A stretch of 64,000 nt of DNA, from NCBI RefSeq assembly GCF_033153115.1, contig NW_026889772.1, positions 4,216,001-4,280,000 on the forward strand. Reading direction: 5' to 3'. The translations under genes were made by a program, and so were the position numbers. This document shows positions 1-11,826 of this stretch, one piece after another (position 1 is the stretch's first letter; every line of letters begins with the position of its first letter). A model generated the notes under the pieces. It worked only from the letters and a program-made list of their open reading frames with translations, did not search any database and was not told where the DNA came from. The stretch is from Saccostrea echinata. Its lineage: Eukaryota.

Positions 1-90
1 TGCGGTGGGATTCGTACCCGCGACGTAAGGATCATATCCTTACTCCGCGACTCCAACAAACGCTCCAACCACTGCGCCGCGCAGGCGACT
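1..90 (-). mobile_element. tRNA-derived SINE head (partial), shared with the copy at ~35440-35720
   Basis: The reverse complement contains a B-box-like GGTACGAATCCC and a tRNA-like head. It aligns with 35640-35720. Confidence 0.6.
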
Positions 91-430
91 ATTATGCTAA
101 TAGAAGCCTAAAATAGGGATATTCTTCACACATCCCAATCAATTGAAAATTAACGTGAATTAAGTTTTAAAAAATACATACTCATAGGACAAATAATTTA
201 AAGTCACTTAAAATAAATAAAGTTATTTTTTTCTGTTATCTAAATGTCTAAAGCCTTACTAGTTATTATTTCAAGTCATTTCATGATGCTGAGTTTTGAT
301 ATCCCATGCCGATCATTCCTTAAAAAGAATACTTGTTTCCCCTTCTTTTTTTAAAACTATTAACACTTGCAAAGAATTGAATTCATACCGATACATGTTA
401 TGATAGTAGCTCTTTAACATATTTTTCTAG

Positions 431-1677
431 GCACCCAGACGACATTGATCTTTTTTCTGGCGGATTGTCTGAGAGACGCCTCCGCGGTGCGTTAATCGGT
501 CCTACCTTTGCCTGTATCCTAGCTTACCAGTTCCAACAACTCAAGGTCGGAGACAGATACTGGTATGAGAATCCACACCCAATCTATGGATTTTCATCAG
601 GTACATATACTCCTTTTTTTACTTATAAAAAGCAAAAGCTTTGCCTAATAGAATTGTATATTTAGGACTGTTTTCTCTATCCTTTTATCGACATGGTATC
701 TAATTTCGTATGCATTACGCAACAGGCTACACTATCAACATTTTATATAAGAGTTTTGTAATAATATTTGTTTGTTATATTATTTCATGTGTTCAAATCT
801 TCGGCACCTATTCTCTATGATATATACGAAACAAGTTTTCTAGTTTTTGTTACTGTGACCAGTTAGTACTAAGTTAAGTGTTTTTTTTTCTACAGAACAA
901 TTAAAAGAGTTAAAAAAAGTAAGTCTTGCGAAGGTCATTTGTTCCACGGCGGAGGAGGGCAAAATTATGGACATCCAGCGGAATCTTATGATACGTACAA
1001 GCAGGCGGTAAGGCTTGTCTTCAAAACTTTATAACTCGGTCGCATTTAAATCAAATAATTAAGTAAATTTGAATTTCAAACATTATTTCTGATTTCTATA
1101 CAAAAGGGGGGAAAATTTTTGTTCATATTTTAGTAAACTACCTTGATTACATGTCGACTTTTCTCTTTTATTACTATATGAAGGCTTCATTTTCCATACA
1201 GACCAAAATGTAAATTTCCTTATCGATGTAATGTCTTTGAAACTATAAATAAGCTTATGGTTTTTTTCCGTTTTTACTATGATATGGGTAATAGAAAATG
1301 TTATTTTAAAAATCAATCTCTTAAATCTAATAAAACTTACAAAACAGAAATTTCAATTTTCAAAACTTTTTTAAAGGAACCCCCGGATGACCTGTAACCA
1401 AGTGTTAGGAGAGGGGCAGGAGCTGGGGTACCGTATAAACGTGTTTGGAACAAACTTTCTTGGTCATAGGGAACCGGCAATAAGAAATATACAGAGACCT
1501 GTGCGCATATTAAGGCGGATCTATTCATATAACCCCACACTGCAGCATCTTCTCAGAAACAGACCCCACAATGAAAACATTGCCAGAGAGGTTGTTCTTC
1601 CCACGAGGAGCGGGCATAGGAGGCGTATTGCGGTCAGCACACGGAGACCTCTCCAGTTTGATACCCATGTAGCGTGA
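431..1677 (+). CDS. Secreted animal heme peroxidase, copy A: last three exons (431-600, 896-1007, 1377-1677); the 5' part lies outside the window
   Basis: GT-AG exons splice in frame: HPDDIDLFSGGLSERRLRGALIGPTFACILAYQFQQLKVGDRYWYEN / EQLKELKKVSLAKVIC / Arg-rich tail. These are typical C-terminal motifs of the peroxidase-cyclooxygenase family. Exon sizes (170/112/301 bp) are identical to exons 10-12 of the full copy at 36065-40372. Confidence 0.9.
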
Positions 1678-3118
1678 CTTCGATACCCAGGATAACAGAA
1701 TTAATATGTACCTTGTGCTATTTAAGTATATGCGATTATGAAGGAGTACATGTAAATGTGGTATTTTATTTAAAGACACTGGACAGGCGGTAACATGACT
1801 AGGTTCCATTAACTAAATTCTCGTTTTCTTTTACTGACGACCCGCACTCCTGACCTACCCATTCAACTATATAGACGTTTTATCATTCTTCTGGTATACA
1901 GATATTAATAATATTTGTATTGTGCTCGTGCGTGTGTAGTAAGAATTATTAAATTTGTAAAACGATTTATGTTAATATAAAGTCTAGTCTTTTGTATGTA
2001 TGTATGGTCTGGGCTTTAGTCAATAGTTTAAATATTTTTATAATATTACTAGGTTGTTTTATTTGCCAACTTTATTGAAATTTTTGAAAGTTAGATCAGT
2101 CAAAACTTCTTTAGGCACAAATGGCGCCCAAGTTTACTCCTTAAAGCTATCCCAATAATAATTAAATAGTTTATCAAGAGGTGATTTATGACATTACCTA
2201 CCATGATGTTACATAAAGAGAGTTGGGATATGAGGGACAGTGTCTTGTAAATGACCCTGGAATTAAAGAAATAATTATTTAGAGTATTAGAAAAGGGATA
2301 CAGCCAAATCTATACGAATTCCTCTTCATGAAAAAGTCGAGGATATTCTTGATGTTTGATGAAGTGTCAAATAATGCAATGTTCATACAACTTCTTTAAT
2401 GCATATCAATTTCAGGGAGTGTTCAACACCCTCTGGGTGTAGATGATTATTTTAAAAAAAATATCTAAGAATGAATTACTCTATCGTAAATTTTGTATTT
2501 CTTTGAGTTTCGAACGGTTAAAATCTCAAATGCGTTACATGTACGATACGCATAAAAACCATGTTTTGCTTCTACCTGAAATAAGAAAAGTTGAGAAAGA
2601 AGTTAAGATTAACAGAAACATCACAGTAAGATTTCCGTAGTAAGAGGATAAATTCAGTCAAATTTTGAAGAAACTTGATACACCTAAAGTTGATTCTAGA
2701 CAAGATTATCCCAGAGGAAGTAGTAACTCCTACGAAGAAAATTAATGAAATCAAAGAGGTCAACATAGAGAACATGATAATTCTTAAAGAAAGTTTGGTA
2801 AACATGACCCAAACTTGTAGCGATCTATACTGGTGGCTGAGCATAGACCGGGATACTCCGAGATAGAGGCCAACAACTTCATTGTGACATTGGTTGATTG
2901 TGACCTCCAAAACCAAATTTTGTCGCTAAAAGGATATCTTGTCGTCTGTTTTCTTATATGTACTGTTTATGTATAGTAAGCTGTCCATGTAAAGATTTAA
3001 GTTAAAATACCCAAGGCAGGCGTTGATTTGGATACAGATATTCTCATAAAATGATCACCACAGGTGCTTGCAGATAGGAGTGACATTATTTCTCCACAAG
3101 TCAAAATTCAAATAATAA

Positions 3119-3870
3119 TGTGATAGAGTGATTTATTTCATATATTAATTATTACATTTCAGGATTACATTAATTCAGTTAAATTGTCATATTTATTTCT
3201 TTACAGCATTTCATTTACTGAATAAATCCACATGGAATTATTTACATCAATCTGTGTTCATTTAGTTATTTATAGATGTATGATATCACAGTGGTCATTT
3301 AAACCCCTGTCCCTTTTCTATATATATCTTGTGTAGTGTCCAGGCCAACTTGGATTTCATTGGTTGGTTAGTTTCCCTCTCTTTTGGTTTTTACCTAGTT
3401 AATTACTTTTGTTTGAGATCTTGGTCTTAGCAGACATATTGGCTTTTTGATATTATATGACTTAATTATGACAATGACCAAGGCAGGACAGAATGTAAGT
3501 TTACTTTTACTAATTTCATCTTCTCTATGTAATTGTTTATCTGCTAAATTACCAAATAATAATATTCTAATATAAAGTATGAAAGTTCAGTTTGTGTGAT
3601 TATTTTATGACTTTGTAAATATTCAGAGTAATAAGTATATTTTATATCTGTGAGAATAAGTGTGTAATATAGTAAAGTTCTATTTATATTATTCATACAC
3701 AGATCACTGAATAGAGTACAACTGTGTTCAGCTTTATATATATTTGGATTTCTGGCTCTATATCACATATAGGTATGATGTATATATATTTTGAATATTG
3801 TCTATATAATTATATTATTCTGGAAGAGTTCAGTATCATTTGATCTCATTGTTTATATATATTTCAGAGC
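3119..3870 (+). repeat. Left arm of the long inverted repeat (probable outer/U3 part of an LTR)
   Basis: Reverse complement of ~11827-12581; I counted only about 4-5 differences over the outer ~720 bp. Confidence 0.93.
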
Positions 3871-4132
3871 TGTGATACTACTGATAATACATTTATCCAC
3901 AACAACAACATGGTGTTTGTATTTATTATTCCTTAAACGAACCCCATTTCAATGGCATCCACGGTGGGATTGGCTGACTGCCCATTACGAGACTGACCGT
4001 GAGGATCTCACGCCGAGGAGGATCTAGGATCCACCGACGTGGTGTATAGTGTGTACAGATAGAGACTGTGATTATTCCGTAATTCATTCAAAGCTGGACT
4101 TTCAGTGAAAGTGACTTCATTAATTTTTCATT

Positions 4133-6690
4133 AATTTTGGATTAGAAAGCTAGGGACAGCCTTTCCCTATGGATGTAATGACAATGTCGATAGTGTTGGA
4201 AATCTTTCCAGTCCACAGTGTAGCAATGTAAATGTGATGGGACTTTTTAACCATACACAGAGACGTAAGCGTAGTCATGGGCATCGGTCTTACAATAAAC
4301 CTTTAATACACGATGTCTCTTTTGATTCGTTACTACCTTACGTAAATCAACAGTTAGGTCTACATCATATTCTCACCAAACTTTACTCTGTCCCTTTGAA
4401 ACTTTTAAATAGTCTTCTTGAAAAGGTCAAGGAAAGTCCATTTTTTGATTCCTCGACACCAGAATATAGGCTCGGATCTGTGATTATGGATATTGCAAAT
4501 CATAGGCTTTTTATACCCCCGCGTTTTACTGAAGAAAATGCAGCTAAAACGATCCATTTTTTCCTTAAACTTCAATATGCCAACAAAGGAATTGACGCGG
4601 TTAATATAAGTAATATTCTTAATCACAAAAGGGTCCAGTCTTGTATTCCACCATATTTCAAGTTAAAGACTACACCTTGTATTTCCTACAAAGATACATC
4701 GACTATTGCTTCCAAACTTTTTAATTACAAGAAAACTTTACAGGGCCTGGATATCGAATATCTGAAACATAATCCTCCATCGTGTTCATGTTCTTCTTCG
4801 CCCTATAACTATAGTCCTGCTGGGCACGTTATTACTGGTGACGTTAATATAGTTAATAATGAGGACCTTAGATCACTAATTTTAAAAGGTCCTAAATTTA
4901 GTGAACCCCGATCCTTCAACTGGCGTCGGAATTTCATAAATATTATGGATTCTGTAGAGGACTACGCCAGGCGATGGGCCAGACATGAAAACGAAGACCT
5001 TGACACTTTGTCAGAATGGATTAAATGTATCAGATGTATGTTAAAATCACGCATTAAAAGATTGAGGGGCAATATGAGAACCATCTATCCTTCTGTATTC
5101 AATAATCCAGAAGTGAAAAAAGAATTAGATAGATTACATGATCAGTACGTACTGGTCCCTGCTGACAAAGCAGGTAACACCATTGTCTTTGTTTGTAAGG
5201 CTCATTATATTAAATGTATTTTAGAGGAACTTGGATTTAATTCTACAAGTGGTAATCCAACTTATACTCGTAGTTCCCTTTCTAAGGAAGACATTCTTCA
5301 AAATCATATATCAGTTTTGAATATTTTGAATATTCCAAACAACCAAAATGAATTTGAATTACCATATTTATATTGGATTCCGAAACTTCATAAAAATCCT
5401 TACAAACAAAGATACATAGCGGGTTCCAGTAAATGTTCAACCAAGCCTCTTTCTTTACTCCTCACTAAGATATTAACAGTGGTGAAGGAGAAACTTCAAG
5501 AGTACTGTGCAAGTGGTGTAAATCAGATGTGGATACTTAAAAATTCCAAGGAACTTTTGGAAAATTTGAAATCGCAAGATTTTACCAAAATCAACAGCTT
5601 AAAAACTTATGACTTTTCTACTTTATACACAACCATTCTCCACGATAAATTAAAGTCCAGGCTTTTTGATATAATTGACAGCTGCTTTTTCAATAAAAAT
5701 GGAACTCGTAAATATACTTACCTTGTCATTGGTCATTTGAAAATTATTTTGCTAAAAAACATTCTGATTGTACACACAAGTACTCTGAAGTTGACATTAA
5801 AAAGATGCTTGAGTTTCTGATTGACAATATCTATGTGGTTTCTGGAGACCAGGTCTTCCAACAATCTATTGGAATTCCCATGGGTACCAATTGCGCCCCG
5901 TTATTAGCAGACCTTTTTTTGTATTCATATGAAGCAGAATTTGTCCAAAATCTTGTACGTGAAAAGAAGAAAACACTTGCTGTGGCCTTCAACTCGACAT
6001 TTAGATATATCGACGACGTATTGTCAATTAACAATGGCTATTTTCATTCTTATGTCGATACGATATATCCTTGTGAGCTTGAGATAAAAGATACCACAGT
6101 TTCATATTTGGATATTTTACTTGAAAAAGACGTTAATGGTAATCTAACAACCAAGCTTTATGATAAACCTGATGACTTTAACTTTTCAATCGTCAACTTC
6201 CCTTACTTATGCAGCAATATACCTTCATCACCGGCATACGGGGTATATATCTCTCAGTTGATTCGATACGCAAGAGCATGCTCTACGTATGAACAATTTC
6301 TAAAACGAGGTAAATTATTGACAAACAAGTTGATGAAACAAGAATATCAGCTGTCTCGTTTAAAGTCATCATTTCGTAAGTTCTATGGTCGATACAATGA
6401 CCTTGTCAGCAAATACAATTTATCATTGAGTCAAATGCTGACTGACGTTTTTCATACTAATTGTTAGGCCATTATTTACACACTGAATTGTCGACGGATT
6501 TTTCCGTTATTTCCCGATCATGACAAGGAGCACACGGCGGGTGTGACCGGTCGGCAGGGGATGCTCACTCCTCCATGGCACCTGATCCCACCTCTGATGT
6601 TTAGAGGTCCGTGTTTGCTCTGCTCCTATTTTGTATTGTTTTATGGACTTTTGAGCTTGAATACTGTTCGTTATCTCCATATATTTCATT
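4133..6690 (+). mobile_element. 5'-truncated Penelope-like retroelement of the N-terminal-endonuclease (Naiad) type, nested in the left LTR-like region of the Gypsy element
   Basis: The frame upstream of 4234 reads FWIRKLGTAFPYGCND, like the C-terminal end of a GIY-YIG domain. It is followed by a CxC linker (PPSCSC...AGHVITGD), PADK, YWIPKLHK, DFSTLYT, GIPMG and RYIDD. The ORF stops right after the thumb, with no C-terminal endonuclease. TTTCATT occurs at both ends (4126-4132, 6684-6690). Confidence 0.85.
4234..6467 (+). pseudogene. PLE reverse transcriptase ORF, split by a 1-nt deletion near 5740, with small in-frame deletions near 5508 and 6098
   Basis: ORFs 4234-5820 and 5805-6467. The sister copy at ~15700-15730 restores the frame (HLQNYFVKKHSDCTHKYSEVDIKKMLEF) and supplies the missing ESDTS. 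Confidence 0.88.
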
Positions 6691-7891
6691 CATTGAACTT
6701 TTTGTGACAATATATTCATTGTGATACTTAGAAGCTTGCCAGCACGGTAAGGTATTTTTTTTATTGTTGTGCTCAAAACACGTGTATTTTGGACTGACCA
6801 GTAAGACAGACATACTAGTGTTATAAAGTAAATAGCCTGCTTTATCCTTCCTGTATATAAGATAAATGTAAATATTATTTATTTTTGAGCAAAAGACAAT
6901 TGTAGTGTGCAAGAAATTAATTCTATTAATCTAAGATACCAGTTTCCATCCTACATTAATCTCTTTTCTCTTGATCAGCTGACCTTGACATTAGTGACCT
7001 ACATTTAGACTTTCAGGTACAGGTTGTTTACAGGTGATTTGAGGTAGTGTCTAGTGAGTTAATTGTTTTGATCAGATTTGTTGATCTAGTCAGTATTTAG
7101 TTGCTATATCACCCCTGTAGTAAATATGTGAAATATTTCATTTAATACTCAGATTGCTGTACTTTTAAGTACATATTCCTAAGGTCACATTACTTTGAGT
7201 AATCAGTGTTGGTGGCTTTCACCATTGTCCGTCATTTATTGTTTACCCATTGAATTCCTTTTCATTTTTTTTGCATTGTTGTTCCGTTTACTTTGATTTC
7301 GCGTGATTTTGTTTACATCGGGTATTTGACCCCTGGTCGAGAGTTCGTCACGCTTGAGCGCACATGGTGTACTGAAGAACAGAGTTATCTTCCTTGTGTA
7401 AGTTTGTAGTTAGAGTTATCCTTCATTACTTAGAACCACTTTAGTTATTTAGAATATAGTATTAGATTAAGGGTATATTTATTTAGGATTTAGTTAGTAC
7501 ATTCTTTAAACTTATATTTATCAAACTTATTAAGATATTTAATTTACTTTATTTTAATTTCAGCTTATTTAGAAATTTAATATTAAATTTTGTTTTTCAG
7601 GTGAATAATACTTTTGCATTTCAGTGAATTTTAGTGTTACATAGAATTAAAATTTAATTAAGTAGATATTTAGAATTGAAGTTTAATTAGTTTTATCAAT
7701 TAGTAAGATTTAATTAATCAACTTCATCTCAGACTCTTCGGATTGGATTTACCTATTGGATTCTTCAACTTCAGAGGATGTATTTTGAGATTTATTAAGA
7801 TAATTAAGGTAGATTTAGTTACTAGGTACCTAGCTAGTATTTAGTTAATTAGAGAAGTTTTATTTAGAAATCAATCAACAAACAATTCAAC

Positions 7892-9082
7892 ATGTCAACA
7901 GAATTTTCTCAAGAGGAACTTAATCAAATTACATCAGTTTTCAAGGAATTAAATATAAAACCAAAGGCAGATTCAGCACAGGATTTCAAACAATGGATGA
8001 CTCAGTATGTTGCACAAATGAATGAGGAGGAAATTGTCAATGTAAAAACAGAACCATACACGGATACTGGAAATTCATCAGCATCAGGAAGCACCATCAG
8101 TTCCCACATCCCAAAGATCTCTTGCTTTTCTGGAGACGGCAGCAAGAATGACACCACATATGATCTTTGTCGATATGAAGTTGATTGTTTGATCAAGGAA
8201 AAGTACAAGGAGGAAACAATTGCTCAGTCAATTAGGAGATCATTGCGAGGAGATGCAGGAAAGGTTGCCATGAGACTTGGTCCTAGAGCCACTGTTACCC
8301 AAATACTGAACAAGATGGAGAGTGTATTTGGCACTATAGAACGAGGAGAAACCATCATAGAGCAATTTTACAGTGCGCGACAAGAAAAAGGAGAGGATAG
8401 CGTGAGTTGGAGTTGTCGTTTAGAGGAGATTTATAGGAAAGCTGTTATCAAAGGAGTTGCAACGAAGGAGGATGCAAATGAGAAATTGAGATCAAAATTT
8501 TGGAATGGATTTCATCAATGGATTAAAGATATTACTGGATACAAATTTGATGCACTGACTAATTTTGATGAACTTAGGAAGGAAATCAGACTTGTAGAAA
8601 AGGAACATGAAACGAAGAAGGCACAATCAAATATGGCTGTAGCATCAAGTGAAGCTGAGAAAGGAGATGAGATTAAGGAACTTAAAGGAATGATTCAACA
8701 GCTTACTACCAAAGTCAGTGCTATGGAAGAAGGAAATAAGAGATCAGGACAACAGTGCACAAACAGGAATTACAAAGATTTTGGTGAACCATATGACAGA
8801 TTTCAGCCACAGTCCAGAAGAGGAAACTATGGATCTGGAAATTCATACAGTGGAAGTCCTCAATACAGGAATTACAATGGTCCAAGATATAATCAGGGAT
8901 ACGGCTATGATTATGGATATAGCGACAATCAGGACTCTGCTTTACAAGAGACAGAGGATGGAGAACCTATATGTTATAGGTGCAGACAACCTGGACATAT
9001 AGCACGTAGATGTCATGTGCGTTTGGACCACAGCAGAAGACATTTAAAAACCAGTAGACCTTCGTTGCGGGGCAGACGATAG
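7892..9082 (+). CDS. gag: Ty3/Gypsy Gag (capsid-like domain plus CCHC zinc knuckle)
   Basis: Intact 396-aa ATG-initiated ORF. It has a Gypsy/PNMA-like capsid region (FSGDG...IRRSLRGDA...FYSARQEKGE), a Gly/Tyr/Asn-rich linker and CYRCRQPGHIARRC. Confidence 0.9.
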   Translation: MSTEFSQEELNQITSVFKELNIKPKADSAQDFKQWMTQYVAQMNEEEIVNVKTEPYTDTGNSSASGSTISSHIPKISCFSGDGSKNDTTYDLCRYEVDCLIKEKYKEETIAQSIRRSLRGDAGKVAMRLGPRATVTQILNKMESVFGTIERGETIIEQFYSARQEKGEDSVSWSCRLEEIYRKAVIKGVATKEDANEKLRSKFWNGFHQWIKDITGYKFDALTNFDELRKEIRLVEKEHETKKAQSNMAVASSEAEKGDEIKELKGMIQQLTTKVSAMEEGNKRSGQQCTNRNYKDFGEPYDRFQPQSRRGNYGSGNSYSGSPQYRNYNGPRYNQGYGYDYGYSDNQDSALQETEDGEPICYRCRQPGHIARRCHVRLDHSRRHLKTSRPSLRGRR

Positions 9083-11686
9083 GTCAATACAGGAGAAGCC
9101 CTAATAGGAGTAGAACCAGTGAATTAGTAGGGAGTACTTCAGAAGTTGAAGCAAGTTTAGAAGGAAACTTAGAGCATTGATAGACACTGGATCTACTGTG
9201 TCAACAGTTAGCTTTGATTTTTATATGAAACATCTTAGTCACTTAGAACTTCATCCAATAGAAGAACTTTTAAAAGTGGAATGTGCTAATGGTCAACAAT
9301 TGCCATATCACGGATACATCGAGGCTTCCATCATCAGTAATGGATTACCACAATCATCAGAGGAACATCAGTTTCCATTACTCGTTGTATCAACAAGCAA
9401 TTATAACAGTACAGTGCCACTACTTATAGGAACAAATATACTACAACATATGCTAGATGATGTCAAAGACAAATATGGAGACAGATATCTACAGGATGCT
9501 GCATTATTTACACCATGGTATCTAGCTTTTCGAGGAATGACAATACGAGAAAAAGAACTTGCTCGCAACAACAACAGACTTGGAATTGTAAAATCAGCTG
9601 AAAATCACTGTATTATCATACCACCTAATTCAACAGTTTCTATATCTGGATATGTCGACAAAGCTATACCATATCAGTTTACAACAGCTGTTCTACAAGC
9701 CACATCCTGCTCTGTAATTCCATCAGACCTGGATATTGTGCCATCACTTACAGACTATTCCTATCCAGCCAATCATGTGATAAGAGTGGACATTGATAAC
9801 ATCACAACAAGGACAGTACAAGTTCCACCTAAATCTATACTTTGCAAGCTACAACCTGTGAAAGTAGAACCAAATCAGACAGATATTCCTTGTTCTAACC
9901 TCCAGCAAACCAAAGATGTCCTGAATTTAGTAAAGATTGAAGAAGATGGGCTTATACTTTCAGAAAAACAAGGAGCAGAACTATTATTAAGAAAGTATGA
10001 AGATGTGTTTGCCAAGTCAGACATTGACATAGGACACACTAACATCGTAAAACACAGAATTGAGCTACATGACGATACTCCATTTAAACAAAGACCAAGG
10101 CATATACCACCTGCCATGTTTGAGGAAGTCAAAGATCATTTAAGGAAGCTTTTAGAGGGAGGAATTATAAGGAAGACTAAGTCACCTTGGTCGAGTAATG
10201 TCCTTTGTCGGAAGAAAAACAACGAACTGCGCATGTGTGTAGATTACCGACAGTTAAACCTTAGGACAAAGAAAGATTCATATGCATTAGCACGAATCGA
10301 AGAAATTTTGGGTACCATCAAGTTGAGTTACATGAAAGTCACAAGGAAAGAACTGCGTTTACTGTTGGACCTTTAGGTTTTTACGAATATCATCGCATGC
10401 CATTCGGTCTAGTCAACGCACCTGCTACATACCAAAGGCTAACGGAGGACTGTTTTGAAGGGCTCCACCTTGATATATGCTTCATCTATTTAGATGACTT
10501 GATAATATTTTCCAAAACATATGAACAGCATTTAGAGCGGTTGGAAAAGATATTTCAGCGACTAAGGGAAGTAAATCTGAAACTGTCACCAAAGAAATGC
10601 GAATTTTTCAAAAGGAAAGTAAAATATGTAGGAAACATTGTTAGTGAGGAGGGGATAGAACCAGACCCGGAAAAGATCAGCAAGGTACAGAACTGGCCGC
10701 AACCAAGAAATTCAAATGAAGTTCGCCAATTCCTGGGTTTCGTTGGTTATTACCGGAGATTCATTGAGGGATTTTCAACAATAGCACGCCCATTGAATGA
10801 CCTTCTACCAAATACCAAGAAGAAATCTAGAAAGGGAATAAGAACACCAAAAGAACCAGACAAGTGGAGATGGGGAAGTGAACAGGAACAAGCCTTCAAG
10901 ACACTAAAGGAGAAACTTACAACCTATCCAATTCTAGGATTTCCAAATTACTCTTTACCCTTTGAGCTACATACAGATGCCTCGTCATCAAGCATCGGCG
11001 CTGTATTATATCAGCCACAAGAAAGATTCAAACGGGTAATAGCCTATGCCAGCAGGAGTTTGTCCAAATCAGAAAAGAACTATCCTGTCCACAAATTGGA
11101 ATTTCTGGCTTTAAAGTGGGCTGTATGCGAGAAATTCAGAGATTACTTATATGGAGGAACATTCAAGGTTTATACAGACAACAACCCACTCACCTATGTC
11201 TTAACATCTGCGAAACTCGATGCGATAAGCCAAAGATGGATTGCTGATCTAGCCAACTTCAACTTTGAAATATTATATCGACCTGGATCACACAACGCAG
11301 ATGCAGATGGATTAAGCAGGATACCAAACCAAGAAATCATAACATCTGATTCCATTAAGACCATATGCAACTCAACTGTATCCAATAGTCCCTATGTACA
11401 ATGCTTGTCCATATCTCCATCTTCAGTTGACAATCTACCAGACTTGAGTGATCAGTCAGAGGTTGATATTCGTCGTCATCAGTACAATGACCCAGTACTA
11501 AGATTTTGGATACCATACGTGCGAGATCAGTACAAGCCAGCAAAACACCATCTACCATACAACAACATCCAGTACCATGCTTTACTTCACAAGAATTTTG
11601 ACAAACTTAGATTGAGAGATGGGATCCTCATTAGAGAAACAATAGTGAATGAGAAAAAGAAATCACAGATACTTTTACAAACATAA
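9058..11686 (+). pseudogene. pol: Ty3/Gypsy Pol (protease-RT-RNase H), disrupted and truncated before integrase
   Basis: Motifs: LIDTGS (protease); SPWSS, RMCVDYRQLN, MPFGLVNAPATYQR, IYLDD (RT); TDASS, YASRSL, LEFLAL, TDNNPL, NADADGLSR (RNase H). There is a frameshift at ~9168 and a deletion at ~10310 that removes the first catalytic Asp region. Homology ends at QILL (~11678). Confidence 0.92.
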
Positions 11687-11826
11687 ATATTTTATAACAA
11701 AACATACATGTAGATCACTTGCCAGATAGCACGGTCAAATGAAGAGTTATTTCCCTTTAATTGTGCTCATAGATAAAACATTAAGAGTTATCTTTCTTAA
11801 TCAATAATATGTACAAAGTATAAACA

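Noticed and set aside
2443-2916. Short ORFs between the peroxidase stop and the insertion
   Set aside because: No recognisable motifs, and the paralogous region (~41140-41610) has frame-breaking indels and stops.
6507-6689. Recurrent 60-84-aa ORF (…EQTRTSKHQRWDQVPWRSEHPLPT…), also at 14684 and 18198
   Set aside because: Antisense reading of the young Naiad 3' UTR; not preserved in older copies.
4234-6690. Selenoprotein-type Naiad (in-frame TGA plus SECIS)
   Set aside because: No in-frame TGA in the reconstructed ORF, Cys residues use TGT/TGC, and the 3' motif lacks a convincing SECIS AUGA/GA core with an AA loop.
7892-9082. Domesticated PNMA/Arc-like gag gene
   Set aside because: It still sits in a young element with pol and near-identical terminal repeats, so intactness is explained by recency.
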